Below are positions 1 through 13,290 of a stretch of DNA of 64,000 bases, one piece after another. Source of the DNA: Phoronis australis (taxonomy: Eukaryota > Animalia > Phoronida); NCBI GenBank assembly GCA_002633005.1, contig NMRA01000392.1, forward strand, positions 62,001 to 126,000, given 5' to 3'. The translations under genes and the position numbers were made by a program. Position 1 is the stretch's first letter, and each line of letters starts with the position of its first letter. The notes under the pieces are model-generated. The model searched no databases and was not told the DNA's origin. It saw only the letters and a list, made by a program, of their open reading frames with translations.

Positions 1-796
1 AAAAATAAGTGGTGAAAGAACAGCAGTATCACAATTCAAATCTTCCCTCAATCTTCCCTCAATCTTCCCAACTGAACAGTAAGTGCAACCCAACGCATTA
101 AACAGCCCTCATCACCACACACTCCTTTTAATACATTTAACAAGGAAGGTGCATGGAGGAAAGATTCAACAAGGAAAAAACATGGTGAAGAGAGATAAAC
201 ACCCATTGAATTATAAAACAGATACATTTTGTCTACTTATTTGTTACAGTGAAGTCTCTTGCAGGTTAGACATCAGAAGTGAAGCTGTTGTGTTGACATT
301 AAAGGAGAATGCCACCCAAAAAACAACCTAATTTGTATCAATTTAGATCGAGTAGTTCTACTCAATAACGGCAGGTTCGGCAGGTTCGGTAGGTTCGGTT
401 GCGATACGTGACACCTGACGGCAGACGGAGGTGTTGAAATTATCCAGTGGTTTCACACGCAGTCTGTTCAGCAGTTCACAACACGGATTAGTGGTGTCAG
501 CTTATAGCTTGAATTCATCATTTAACACTAACCAATCATCAAACTTCGATGTAAAACCCTTAAAAATACACCGAGTTCTTCTAAAAACGTGTCATCCCTA
601 TTACGGATTTACTGGTATTTGGACACACCGTAGCCTACAAAGTTCGGCACCGCCTACCATTAGGTCCGTAGCAGGAGTTTGGGGTCTCTTCGGAGATAAA
701 TTCGAAGCACTCTTCCGTGAAATGCAGAAAGGAGAACCTACATCTGTGTTGTTTGTACTTGTGATTTTTTTAGTTCTAAACACACAAAACGCTAAT

Positions 797-965
797 GTTA
801 TCCCGGCCAGTGACTTGGAACCCGATCAGGTCCATCGCGGCAGGACTGACTCGTTATCCCGGACAGTGGCTCGGAACCCGATAAGGCCCGTCGCGACTGG
901 ACTGACTCGTTATCCCGGCCAGTGGCTCGGAACCCAATCAGGCCCATCGCGGCCACCGGGACTGG
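797..965. repeat. Minisatellite, 3 x 56 bp, inside the Kolobok element
   Basis: Units beginning gttatcccgg at 797, 853 and 909. Confidence 0.92.
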
Positions 966-1512
966 CACGAACATAAACCAACTTGAGTTGGAAACTAAAC
1001 TTCCGGTCACGAAAAGTAATAGTGAGCCAAGAAAATAATGTGCCGCATGTAATTATTTATGTGAATTAGCCACAAAACTGAAAATTTACTGAAAATTTCG
1101 AGGGCCGCGAAGTCGGGTTCCCCTTCCACAGACCGTCAGGGCAAAGGTTGTACAATAACAATGATTTGAATAATGTATTTGTATTTCTAAATAAAGATTC
1201 CCCTAATATATGACAATAGCATATAAAATCGAGTAATTGTTTCACAACAGCTTTCTGTCAGCAAACACTGAATTAGCATGCGCTCACATGGCCTCGGTGC
1301 CCTTGAGTCGAATTACCTTGTTGCTGGCATCAAAAGCTGCCGGTAACGCAGTGATTTATTCATTGCTGGCTTCTCAAACTGACATTTCGGCACTCAAGAG
1401 CACTCCAAGGCATGGACAGACATTGTTTCAGCTTCATATAAGTATTGGTTATGATCATGTTAGGACGAGAAAAATTCATTTTGAAACAGAACGCAGAATA
1501 ATAAACGTCTAC

Positions 1513-1669
1513 ATGGCATCTCGCCCGGCGCCAATCCCGTCTGACTTGGTCAATAGCTCGGCATCCAACGAAGACTTCACGGGTCGGATCGTTAGGTTTC
1601 ACAGGCTATCAGTTCGAACCGGAATACACTGATCAAGAAATACTAGAGAGGCGCCGTGACCATGCATAG
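1513..1669 (+). pseudogene. Probable 5' remnant of a Kolobok accessory (KolX-like) gene
   Basis: GYQFEPEYTDQEILERRR starts at 1604 and resembles the YxFEP N-terminal motif of these proteins. It is frameshifted relative to the ATG at 1513 and convergent with the THAP remnant. Confidence 0.5.
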
Positions 1670-1929
1670 GCAATGGAACGTATGGATAATTCTTTGGTAA
1701 GCTGGAATTCGTCAGAGAAATCACTGTCGACGAAATGCCAGCCACAGACACGGAGGTGTTTCACAGCTTCATACTTGCTTTTAACAGCATACCTTTCATT
1801 CTTCACTACCGCGAGCCACTTCCTAAGCATTTCGGGCTCGCAAGGAAGTCAAAAAAACGATTTACCTGTTTTCATCGCAGCTTCATAGTTCAGACAAGGG
1901 GGAACCGATGCTCCGCAATATAGCTGCAT
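1633..1929 (-). pseudogene. THAP zinc-finger remnant (N-terminus of a Kolobok-type transposase)
   Basis: MQLYCGASVPPCLNYEAAMKTGKSFF*LPCEPEMLRKWLAVVKNER...LRVCGWHFVDSDF shows the C2CH ligands plus the FFxLP and W motifs. There is one in-frame TGA at 1849-1851, probably from CGA. Confidence 0.8.
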
Positions 1930-2889
1930 TCACTCTGCAGACGAACCACTGAAGTCGCTGCGTCGCTTCTCACCTTCCTCCCAGGTTAACACGACACCTC
2001 TCGGGAAGGTGAGGTCGACCGTATAAGAGGCAATGTGGATATAGACCGATTAAGACGGTAAAAAAGACTAATTAAATTGGGTGGCATTCTCCTTTAAAGC
2101 TGCAATTCCATGACACCTAAACTACGCGGTTGACTGACTGCTAAACACGGTGTCTGACGCAAAAACATGACTCATGTACCTGCAAACACTGTTCACTGAC
2201 ACACATACATGGGACCAGACTCACAAATCACAACCCATTCACCCAAAATACACTGTAGAGCCTCTGACGCAGGTAAATGAAATTTTGCAGGTAATCGTTG
2301 TGTATCAAGCTAAATGTCTCAATTCTGAGATCAAGTGACCCAACACCCTCTGGGTGACTTCATGTGAAATGATCCTTTCATAAGTAACTGGTTGGTTTTG
2401 ATGTTCTTGTTGGTAACAGAAATAGAATCCTATCACGGTAAGGAAGCATACGTGAGTAATTTTATGAGAGTAAAGGCCTAATTTTATATAAGCCAGATAA
2501 ACGGGGCAAAATCAAATTCATTGGCAATAGATAAAGAACAGACTGACAGACAACAGTCTGAAAGGAGCATGTGAACATTGTTAATGAACAATGATACAGG
2601 GGCAGGGTTTGGTTACAGTAATTGAAAATCAATTCTGACACTGATGCTGCCACCTCTATAGTTAGTGATTGCTGTAAATGCTGATCTCAAATACCTTTCA
2701 AATGACACAGTATATGTTTCTGATTCTAGGAACTGTTAATAATCTATGATTTGCTGGAAGTGTGAGACTTCCTGAGAATGTGATCAATTTAGGATTTGAA
2801 TGTTTAGCAATTTTGGTTTCAGAACTATAATAAGCAAGTCATGCAAAAAGGTGTTGAAATACATTTCCCCCCCAGGGGTAAGTCTCTTA

Positions 2890-3340
2890 AGGGCCTTTCA
2901 TACTAACGTCGACGCGTCGATGGTTTGGGGAGTTGCGGTCAGTATGAACGCTTAACTCCGGTCCTGGATCGCAGTTAACAGCTCCAGTTAACATCGCAGT
3001 TCACAGGTGGACTTAAGACCGCAGCATCGACGCTGCGGTGCAATATGAACGCTTAACTCCGGTCCAATCGAAGTTATCGCCAGGTGCCACTGTTATCATC
3101 AACTGTTACAAGGTAGTGCCGTCACTAATAGCTGCTTATATTTTGCTCTAATAATAACCAATCGATTTAAAAATAAGTTTAATGTCACTTAGCACAAGTC
3201 ATGTAAATATTTCCAAATTGAAACATTGAAAAAAATTTTAGCGTGCAACGCTACCTTGCGATAACTTCGATGACGACAGCGGCACACAACCGCTTACTTT
3301 GATGTTCATTAACTACCGAAACAATCATATGACGAATGAA
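2890..3340 (-). mobile_element. PIF/Harbinger-type MITE family copy 1 (inverted relative to the others, one end decayed)
   Basis: Begins AGGGCCTTTCATACTAACGTCGACGCGTCGATGG after TTA; it is the reverse complement of the copies at 28.9, 35.7 and 37.8 kb. Confidence 0.8.
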
Positions 3341-4164
3341 GACGTCCGAAATGAGTAAGAAATATAGTCTTGTTCAATAGAAAGCAAACCAACAAAAGTG
3401 CAGCAAAAATCATTCAACAAAGGAACAGGGTCATCAGAAAATCTTGAACAATTTGAAAAAGAGGCGACTCCTAGCGAAAAATGGAAAACATCAAAATTTT
3501 ATCTAACATAAATGATAGCACTTTTTTTAATTTAATGTCAAATACATCAAAAAAGGTAACTCTTAGAGAAAAATTGTTAGTGTTCATTTGAAAGAGTATA
3601 CCTCTAAAAATCTAAATGCAAAAATTCACATCATTGGGTCTTCTTGTTCAAAATAAAACCCTGGCACCATTGAAAATTGATGAAAATGCCTCAGATCTGC
3701 CATTTTGAAAATAACTTCCAGCTGAGCAGCACTCAATAATAGAAACTCACAAGAAACTAACACATGGAAAATTTCAAAGCAATTAGTCCTACTATAAGTA
3801 TTTGAATCTGAATTCAACACAAAATGGTCACCATGTCCGCCATCTTGAATCAGATCATAACGAAAAACAATAGACTTCCGGCTTTGGGCTAATCAGAAGC
3901 TAGAGGTTGTGTGTGAATTTTGTGCGAATCGGACAAAAAATGCGACCAAAATAGTGTGAACAAACAAAAAACAAAAAAATTAGTGTCAGAGCAACATACT
4001 TGGCGAAGCAATGAGTGCCTGTAGTGGTAAAATGGTGAATATTTGAAAAAGAACATTTATCAAATAGTACCACAAAATACATGTTATTGACAGCAACATC
4101 TGATAACTCCAGTGACAGAAGTTAACTGTTCATACAGCATCAAAGAGTCCATGCTCAGGTGGCT

Positions 4165-4215
4165 GCAAAATACATCTATTTAAAGTGAAGCAAAATACAT
4201 CTATTTAAAGTGAAG
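4165..4215. repeat. 25-bp perfect tandem duplication
   Basis: gcaaaatacatctatttaaagtgaa x2. Confidence 0.9.
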
Positions 4216-5513
4216 TTAATCTGCAAAGTTAAATTCCCTCCAAAACCAAAATTATCCATTCATAACAACAGATACTCTTCATAACAATGAATGATTGTAT
4301 TAGAAATGCCATTTTGAATGACTCATACCTGTTGGGATTTGAATGGCATTTAACATAAACATGTTTACTTCCTTGACCAACTCAGACTCTTCTCTTTGTG
4401 GACACATAAAGTAGAGAAATGTTATACCCAGTACACAAACTGGCTAAGACACTAGCATTTTTATTAGCACTTTTGGGAGAAGCAACACACCAGTTGTGTG
4501 AATGGTTACAATAGTGTCTCTTTCGCTGGCACTTTGCTGGCACTTTGCTGGAGGTTTGAGTAAGTCCAAAGCTACTAGACTGGAATTTTCGCTAGGACTT
4601 TTGTAGCCAGACTGCTTTAAGTGAAAATTGATGTCCAGCACCTCACTCTCTGCCATAAGTTGATTTAAAGGTACTTGGCGACAGCGTGGCATCTGTCTGG
4701 CTAAAGCCCTAATGTTTTCGCCAGTGTTTTTGCTAAGAAAACTGCTAAAGTTTTTGCAACTCCTGAAAAGCTTCAACCAATGTTAACACTGCCTGCACTC
4801 TTTAAAAAACAAGGGCGACTTAAATGTGTCTCGTATTCCCAAAACCCTGACAGGATTTGTTTCCACAGAGAGTAACACTGATTAATACGAGACTGATTTT
4901 ATGAGAGTAGAAGAGCCCAATTTGAATTTCATTTTTTAGTGTGCTCAACAGGGCGAAATGCAACTGTAATGATCTATTGATCCTTAAGAATTTGGAGATA
5001 TTTGAATAAGAGATCATACGAACTTTTCGTACTTTGACACTGGCCAAATAGCACTTGTTCTTATTGAATGAATATTTATTTGGATTTCAAAATTATTCTT
5101 CAATGGTGTTGATTGCCAATTTTGAACGGCATGAGCTCAGACATTTGATTGTTTCAATACCTGTGAGTTCATGCGAAACAGTCGCATTTTACTCTTGCAC
5201 TTGTTTTCACAGCATCATCAGCATATTACCGTTACATTCCCATCACATGAAAATAATGTAAGAATAGTAACCTGGTGTTCAGTACTTTTAAGACACATAA
5301 ATATTCTGCATTCAAAATTTCGGCTGCCTACAAAATGTTTGCATTCTTGAGATGAAGCACAAAATTGACTACAACCGAAACAGATAACATTTGACCTAAT
5401 GAGCTCAACTTCATAAAGGGTTAATGTTTCATGTCATGATCTGGACAGAATTATGTTATAACAGATAAATATTACACCAGCCACACTTTCAGTTTTCAAT
5501 ATATCAATTACAG

Positions 5514-6450
5514 AGAATCCTATACGAATCTCAAATTTAAAAACCTCTTGGAAATTTCGTCAAAATTCCGAGGCTTACCAAGGGATTTTGACGAAATTTC
5601 GAAGAGGTTTTGCCAAGGCATAAATCTGAGACATGTGAAGGATTTCATTTCTCACATGAATCGAAAAACTATCGTTTTTGCCGAAAAACTCGACGTGTCT
5701 CAAAAACTTTCAACCACATAACGCAACTTTTGTAATAACATGCTTGCGCAAAGTAATTCATTTACTTTTTGTTAATAGTTTTATTTTAAGCTTAACAACT
5801 GTAAGTTGTATTCAGCTTTCATAGCAAATATTCAAGTAAGCACATTTTCATTTCCATACTACTCTTTTTTGCAGTTTGGTAGTATTGGGTATAGGTAAAT
5901 CTCACAAAAATTATTTGTTGCGGTTTTCTATTTTCCAAGGCTTACGACTTTACTGTGCAAATGATGAAAGATTTACCAACACTTGATTTATGACACCTAT
6001 AAAACAGTACCATGCCAGTAATAGACTAAAATTTTCTTAATCTTCATATCTGTAAAAAATGACAAAATAGAATTTCACTTGTCAGCCATATTGTGGGCTA
6101 TATAAGTGAAGAAGCAGTAAACGCCAGTTCCTGGTGTCTCAAACTACACTTTTGTGAGAAACTCTTGTGGTCACGGAACAAAAACAACCGCATTCATAAC
6201 AGAATCAATGCGCAGATTGGAAACACTTTTAACACAAATGTTGCCCTGCATTGAAACTGTGAAGCAGCTTGTAGCAATGATAAAATAATTATACGGTAGA
6301 TCTAGTCGTAAACTCACACTACTACAAAATCTATGGCAACAATGTTTACGAGCTTAGAACTCAAGGGAATGCATCGTGGGACATGATTAACGAAGAGTAA
6401 ATGTCACTACACTAAGCAAGATTGCAATGATTGTCTAAGCGACAAGGACT
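5514..6450 (+). mobile_element. Probable Crypton-like (tyrosine recombinase DNA transposon) relic
   Basis: Long palindrome at 5540-5611 centred on ccgaggcttaccaagg. A downstream degenerate reading NAQIGNT...CEAA...TH...ATMFTSLELKG...CH (~6208-6410) resembles a YR C-terminus but has many stops. Confidence 0.4.
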
Positions 6451-7504
6451 TCAGAACACAAGAAGTTCGAGTGCCTGTGCCATATCGACTTAAAATTCAG
6501 TACACAAGATTTGAAATTCGATTGCCCATGGCACATGGACTTAAAATTCAGTAGACAAGTAGTTAGAAGACAACAAGCTGCTGAGCTAGTTCACTTCACA
6601 TTTTGAACAAAGGTCTGATGAAGATTGATAAGACAGGAAGCCATTGAGAGTGCAGCCATAAGTTGTCTGCAATGTTATTTCAGTTATTTTACTACCAGCC
6701 ACATCCTGTTAATGCTCCTGATGCAGACATTAGCAAGCAACTTATCGCCTTGAAATCTTTGTTCATTCAATTCGAACACAACTGTGAATAAGTCAAAATA
6801 ATACGACAAGCGTGCCTGATAAACACATTAGTACAAAATTCATTTTAAGAGCATTAGAGATTGATGCATCATATTTCCAGTTAATTAATTTGTTCCATAT
6901 TGATAAGTTACCAAAATAGCAAACAGCTTTCTGAGGAATAAGATACAAAAGTAATTTTTGAGTTTGAGATTTAATTAGGTATCTGTGTACTAGTTTACAA
7001 AAAGATAGACAGCAATACCACTAGCATGACAAAATCCCACACAAGATGACAGACAAGTAATATTTTAATTTCCTATTTCTCCATAAACAATTTGTACATA
7101 CAAATTAATGCATTGATGCAGCTATTTCCATGTTCAAGTTCAGTTCCACACATAACTCCACAGAGCCCCCCAGCTCTGGCATGCCTAAACTCCCATTTCG
7201 CGGATAAGGTTGTGCCGTGTATGAGTGAGAGTCGCTTGCAGTTGTTTGTTCCGGTGTTTATAATTGCTATGGAAATTACTGTCATTAAAACTTTTTGCAA
7301 TTCTGCCCTTTAGTTTCAATTGTATTGCATATTAATAAGAGCCATATCTTTAGAAAGCCATTTGACAGTTCTTGATGATTATACCAGAACCAAGACAAAT
7401 AATTTAATTCATAAGTAATCATCATTTCGCATACCTGACTGGTTTAAAAATATTTTTATTTCTAAAAACCAAGAGTGTTACCAAATGTGAAAAATAACAC
7501 AAAT

Positions 7505-7540
7505 AATGCGTCCACATATAAATATGTGGGCGCATAAAAA
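7505..7540 (-). repeat. Isolated terminal hairpin of the same HINE family
   Basis: aatgcgtccacatataaatatgtgggcgcataaaaa matches the ends at 52470-52503 and 62478-62512. Confidence 0.75.
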
Positions 7541-9479
7541 GGAAATGACCCAGAGAGCTTATACAAGAATAAGCAATTAGGGAAATAATTTCAATGATAC
7601 AAAATACCTTTACCTAAAAAGACAAAAACTTTAGAATATGGATACCTCATACTTGGTGTGGACAATTTAGTCGGGCATTCATCCAATCTGCATATTATAG
7701 TTCATAAGACTCTTGGTGCCGCCGTTTGATACAAATACATTTTTCAATAAAAATTCAGAATGCAGTGATCAATGTGATTAACTACAGTTCCCCAAGTATC
7801 TATCCAAAATTTGCAGATAGAGGCTTTCTGATAGATAAAAAACGGTCAAACATCTATCTATACTAAAAGTAACTAACATAGCCACTAGCTGGTGCTGAAA
7901 TGGTTAAATCCATCTGAAAATCCAAAGATGCTGTATGTCTCCATTAAAGACACCTATCTGGCAAACACAATTTAAAACTGAAATTGCCACCATTACGAAA
8001 ATAAGCCGCTTCAAGGCAAACGCGTATTTCTAAAGATATGCAGGAATTTTCACTGCTGTTCCCTCAGCAATATTCTGAGCGACTTTCACCACAATCAAAG
8101 GGTGTAAGACGCCACAGTCGGACACAGTTGTGATGACCATTGTCCAGTGTAAGCAAGACCCAATTTTAAAGCATAAATAACCCCACCATGAACTGTGGTA
8201 AACATCTCTGCCAATATATACTGGCTCATTTTCAAAATGCATAAACCAGTAATTTTCATTAAAAATAAACATGTTATGTCGAGCCCTTACCCAACAACAC
8301 AGTCTTCCGTGTACTTGATAAGGACGCTTTTAATGAGAGCTTGTCAGTAGTTACTCACAAAAAAACACAGGCACCGCTTATTTGAATAGTTGGCGCTTCG
8401 TGTGCGAATTATTTTTACTGATGCAGATACCTTTTTCCCTCAGGCAACTACAGTATGAAATATTTTTCCCTTGGACACCTACAGCATCCCACAGTCAGTC
8501 ACTGGCATGTCCGAAAATCAAGGTCAGCCATGGTCTTCTTTGTACAAACACATATAATAAATTTCACAATGATTCTTTGAGCGGTTTGGTAGACAGAAAA
8601 GACACCAAAAACAACTAAGATGAAAAGAAAGGCCACTAGATGGCACAGAACACATACGTCCAAAAATGATGTTGCAGAGCTCGATTTGGCGACCTCGAGG
8701 TAGCCATAATATTCCGCAACCTGGGAAAGTTGTCATGTCAGTCGCTACAGTGAGTAGCAAAGTCAGCCAAAAAATACGCCCAGAATTCACTTCAAAATTT
8801 GTGGTAACTTCCAAACGTTAAATTAATTACATTTTCATAGATATAATTAACCTTTGGTTCACAGTTGTCCTGTTTATGTCATGAAATCAACTGTTGCATT
8901 TTCCACCCTCAGCAGTCAGCACACATCAAACGCGCTAAAATTACAACAAGAAGTAAACGGAGGGAAGTCGGAATTGTTTGGCAAAATCGGGCATTTAGGA
9001 CCAACCATAAAGCAATTGCACCTCCAGCGTTTCCGATCGTCCGCAATCTCCATGAGTAACAGGAATTTAGTTAGATTGAGAAAGACAGGCAGCAAACCAA
9101 ACTATAACTGGGAAAGGGACAATTTCAGCTATTTTTGATTGAAATTGGTAAGAATTTACGAAAACATTAAAGTCAGTCTTCAGTCCGTGACGAGATTTAA
9201 GCCCAGTGTTACCTGCTGTTGCATGCGACACTGCATAATTTAGTGCTAGCACCTTGTTCTCAGATGAAAGATAATCATTCGTTTGGTGTAAAGTTTTGTG
9301 GTAGATTTAATAAAATCAATTAGTGTTGGTGATCAAAACAACTATATACCACACTTTTCAATCACACTGCTTTAATTAAAAAGGCATTAGATTAAGTCTC
9401 AATACAGAAAAGTTTTTCCATGCATTTTTGCTCATACTGCTGTGGTACATTGGTACTAATAAAACCCTGTATCCACTTA

Positions 9480-11858
9480 CCGTAATCGTTCGGGTTAACG
9501 CCCTGGGCGGTTAAATTGGCGAATCCAAAAAATCGGGGGAGGGCGGTTAACCGGGCAGTGGGCGGTTAAATCGAAAATCCACCTAAAGTAGGGGATGGGC
9601 GGTTAACCGAACATGGGCGCTTATTACGACAGACAACCGCCCTGGGCGGTTAATCTTACCTGGCGATCTAAATCCCGACACGACAATCATACTCGGAACG
9701 CGTAGCCCTTTTCAAAGAGCTTTATCGCTTGATTGTGAAAACATCATAACAGCGGATGATCCCAACAAAGGTTCTCTTGCCCTCAGATTAGTCATTCACT
9801 ATTAAATTTACAAAATTGCTGAGTGCCGTCCTGCGGTGCGCAGACGACCAGTGACCTCGCAGCCTCCACTAGAATTAAAACTGTTTCAAGATGTGACCCT
9901 GCTTAAGTGCGCGCGTGCAAGCTTCACGTGTTGCAGAGGTCAGACATCAAATTTATGGTTACAGTCTCGTACTATATATAGCTGTCAAGTTCCGACTCAG
10001 AGAGCAGTTTTAAAATTGGTTGTAATAAAAGTTTGAAAAACTTAACTCTGTTGTTTTTTGTGTTCGGGATGTTATAGTCGACACTCCGTAACTCAATGAC
10101 ATTTTCAGCGTATGGTTCTGCGGCTAGCGGTCTTATCTCGACAGCCCGGCATTGCTCTCTTGCCGTTGCGCCAAACATGCTATGCAAAGAAGTAAGACAA
10201 GGATCGGGGGTGGTCGAGCCAGTCGTCGATCAAGAATAAAATTTCAAGCAACTGCATAAATATGTTACAAAATGTCAGAAAACAGCAATGTTTCAATTCA
10301 TTATTCTAAACGATCACCTTACCAAACTTCGTGGTGGAAAAAACATTTATTTTTCATGTAAGATGTCCACATTACACTATTTATATCACTTGTAATATCG
10401 CACTGCGGCACTGTTCGGTCCCGCTGTTATCGCGCAATGTCTCAGTCGGCTGACAATCGTGACTTGGAAATGCCGTCAAGTAATATAACGCCCTCTTTCA
10501 ATATGCATCTCGTTTTTTATGGCCAAAGAAAGTGGCAGTATTCACGCACGTAGGTTCTACGTGTGAGTCACCTGTCAATCACATATTGGTGTCAAGGTAA
10601 CATGCACTCCAAAGTGTGGGAACTTGCGCACGTGCACCACTACAAATCAGTCACACATAGCGACAGTCCGAAGTAACAAAAACGGGCGTGACTATCATGT
10701 GCTTTTAAGCTGTTGTTACGAAAGACCCAGTTCTTTACGATATTCCTCCGTTGCCAATGTTCCCCAAAACTGCGATGTCAAGTCTATTGCTCCCTAAGCC
10801 CATCCCTGTAACTAGTTGTGTGAATCTCCTACCCACTATCGTCAAGCAGTCTACGTCGTAGATATTTCAGATTCGAATGGTAAGAATTTTTGTTCAGGCT
10901 GAAAATGGACAATGTATAAACACAATTATTCTGGATGGCTAAAAAGAGGACGTGGAAACGATAATTCACACAGTCACGCTTACGTGCAGGCTGACGCAAG
11001 AATAGTAAAGAACAGCCAGCGACATTAGTTAAATCTGCTAACCAATTTGACTGAGATGCAATAAGCGAAAAACAAAATTTGACTAGCCGTTTTTTATTAC
11101 TTCAAGATAATACACAAACATACATTATTGCCAACGTTTGAATTCAGAAATCGACAGGCTGCAACGAAATCGGTAACCCAGTAAGGCACTTGTACTGTCC
11201 CTTCGGTCGCCCCACATCCTCTATAACCCGGCAGTTATATTCATCAAAATATTGAGAATTTGACATCTTTCCGTGAGTTGTGAGATTTGTTCAAAATACG
11301 AGAGCTTCCCACCTTAATAGAATTTGGAGGGTTGGCAAAACCATTGTCACATTTCTCTGGCCTGATTTTTTCGAATATGTTTTATCTAGTGCACTGTAGA
11401 CGAAAACTCAGCGCGGCAGACAAAGTCGCTGAAAGCAGAGGTTTTGACGCCGGCGGCGTTCTTAAACTTTGCAAACAAGGGAAGAAAATAAAGTGACAAA
11501 AAGGTTCAAGTATTATATTTTGAAGTGAGTACATGACCCAAGACAATAACTCGTTACCTGTATTGTAATTCAGATTGCTAAACCACCATCTCGGAGTCCC
11601 GGCGTCGTTGCACTCATTGTGATCGTCGATCTTTTTCTAAAAGTCGGGGAATCGCGCGTTTCCTTAGCACTAGGCGCTAAGTCTTCATTCTTTAAAAGTC
11701 GGGAATGGGCGCTTAACCGAGAGGTGGGCACTTAACTGGAAATCTTCAAAAATCGCAGGGGGGCGCTTAACTGAGCAGTAGGCGGTTAAATCGAAAATCC
11801 ACTTAAAGTCGGGGATGGGCGGTTAACTGAGCATGGGCGTTAACCCGAACGATTACGG
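9480..11858 (+). mobile_element. Non-autonomous Tc1/mariner-superfamily (Tc2/pogo-like) element, copy 1
   Basis: Perfect 24-bp TIRs CCGTAATCGTTCGGGTTAACGCCC / GGGCGTTAACCCGAACGATTACGG, TA on both flanks, repeated subterminal GGGCGGTTAA motifs and no transposase ORF. Confidence 0.88.
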
Positions 11859-12375
11859 TAGTATCCATTTCCATCTCAAGTACACAGTATACCTGTTAAC
11901 ACCCACAACCTCCTTTAATTGACCACCCACAAAATTTTCACTTTCAAGCACCTTCTTTGGTCAGTTTACACTGGCCAATCCCTAATTGTAACAACCAAAA
12001 AGTGCCGCTGTCTGTGAACACCCTTCTCATCAGAATTTAAACTAAAAATGTAATTATTGTGTAGTGAGTCAATTTCAGCAAAACAACGGTGCGTAGTGTT
12101 TGAGAAGGAAAATACCTGTACTCTCCTGCTCTTTACACATAGAGCAAGAACCACAATACGGTCATGTGATATTGTTTTCCGTATTCCTCTCCTGCACTAC
12201 TTCAACAGTGTCCTCTCACGTGGAAAGTTCAAAGGTAGGTCAATGTCGACTCGACGTCGCCGCTCTCGGTACTTGATTCTCTTGGTACCTTTTGTGTATT
12301 TATTGTTTCCTGGGCAAGAGACTGTCCAATGCAAATTGAACTACCAGACACAATTTAAGACTGTTTATACAATAA

Positions 12376-12405
12376 CTAGCTGTTACCCGTGCTTTAGCTA
12401 GCGGG
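12376..12405 (-). mobile_element. Helitron-like 3' terminus
   Basis: The minus strand reads CCCGCTAGCTAAAGCACGGG (imperfect hairpin), then taacag, then CTAG followed by T. The 5' extent is not determined. Confidence 0.5.
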
Positions 12406-12696
12406 GAAACGCTGAGGGGAAATAGCTACACCTAAGAGTGTACCAATCCAATGTTCATCGCAAGAGACAGGAATACTTCTTGAAGAGACCGTGTTCATAG
12501 CTTCAAGCAGAATTTCTGTCACGTGTCAGATTTTTAAGTAGGCAATAGGTGTGCGGCTGTGGGATTCTTCCCCTAGTTTTTCCAGAACATTTGACCCTGC
12601 CGTGACACAAAGTACGGTTATCAGATATTCTTCAGTTTAAAGTGAAAACCAAGAATGCATTTAAAATATTGTATAATACACAAAGTATATAGATGT

Positions 12697-12863
12697 CAAA
12701 GGCGGATTTAGAGGAGGGCCTGAAGGAGGCCATGGCCCCCATAAAATTCTCCCAGATTCCATTTGGCAGTCCGGGGGTGCGAATGTCCGAAGGGCAAAAT
12801 TCTGGCTAATACTCTATCTGCCGTGCCCCCCACCCCAACTCAAAATCCTGGATCATACCCCTG
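12697..12863. mobile_element. Small GC-rich MITE
   Basis: Imperfect TIRs CAAAGGCGGATTTAG / CTGGATCATACCCCTG, with GATGT on both flanks. Confidence 0.6.
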
Positions 12864-12914
12864 GATGTATTTTCAAAAGTTGCATCATAGCTGAATGAAG
12901 ACTGTCGTCAACAT

Positions 12915-13290
12915 ACAGCTAGGTAGCCGTGTGTAGAGCTCCGTTAGACACTGAAATTTCACACAACCGGGGTGCTCTGAGCTCGTCACCCTCGTCGTGA
13001 ACAACCTGCAGGGGTACATGCAGAATCTGGGTATGAATCGACATTCAGTGCCCGTTACAGCCGTTTATAGAAGTAAACAAAATCCAATAAACGTTATTTT
13101 TCGTAATTCTCTGCCTTTTGTAACAAAGCCGTCATTTTGAAAACAGGGTAATCTCGTGACACTTGCACAAATGCGCCATTCCCAAAACTTTGCGATATCT
13201 CTAGAGAGTATTTTTTGAAATTGTTTTTTTTTCGTATTAAAATAGTAAAAACTTGTAACGAAATGAAACCACTTCCGATTGTTATGACAT
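12915..13290 (-). repeat. Dispersed repeat module shared with 55050-55460 and 56200-56660
   Basis: Collinear inverted matches, e.g. aacgaaatgaaacca vs tggtttcatttcgtt and ctcgtcaccctcgtcgtgaa vs ttcacgacgagttgacgag. Confidence 0.7.

Larger units (their letters stand above)
303..2093. mobile_element. Non-autonomous Kolobok-type DNA transposon (internally deleted)
   Basis: Perfect 17-bp TIRs AGGAGAATGCCACCCAA / TTGGGTGGCATTCTCCT, TTAA at 299-302 and 2094-2097, purine (AG) start rather than the piggyBac CC start, and a THAP remnant inside. Confidence 0.85.

Noticed and set aside
797-965. Regularly spaced repeats as a CRISPR array
   Set aside because: The units are contiguous 56-bp tandem copies with no unique spacers, there are no cas genes, and the context is eukaryotic.
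431-976. 181-aa ORF as a gene
   Set aside because: It has a non-ATG start, lies inside a non-autonomous transposon, has no recognisable domain, and its 3' part is a minisatellite.
8030-8272. 80-aa ORF as another HIRAN-like relic
   Set aside because: Only a vague terminal resemblance (VKIPA); the core motifs are not recognisable.
12181-12340. CpG-rich segment reading KYRERRRR on the minus strand as the ERR hinge exon
   Set aside because: It lacks the RGGRQKY motif, has nearby stops and has no convincing splice pair.
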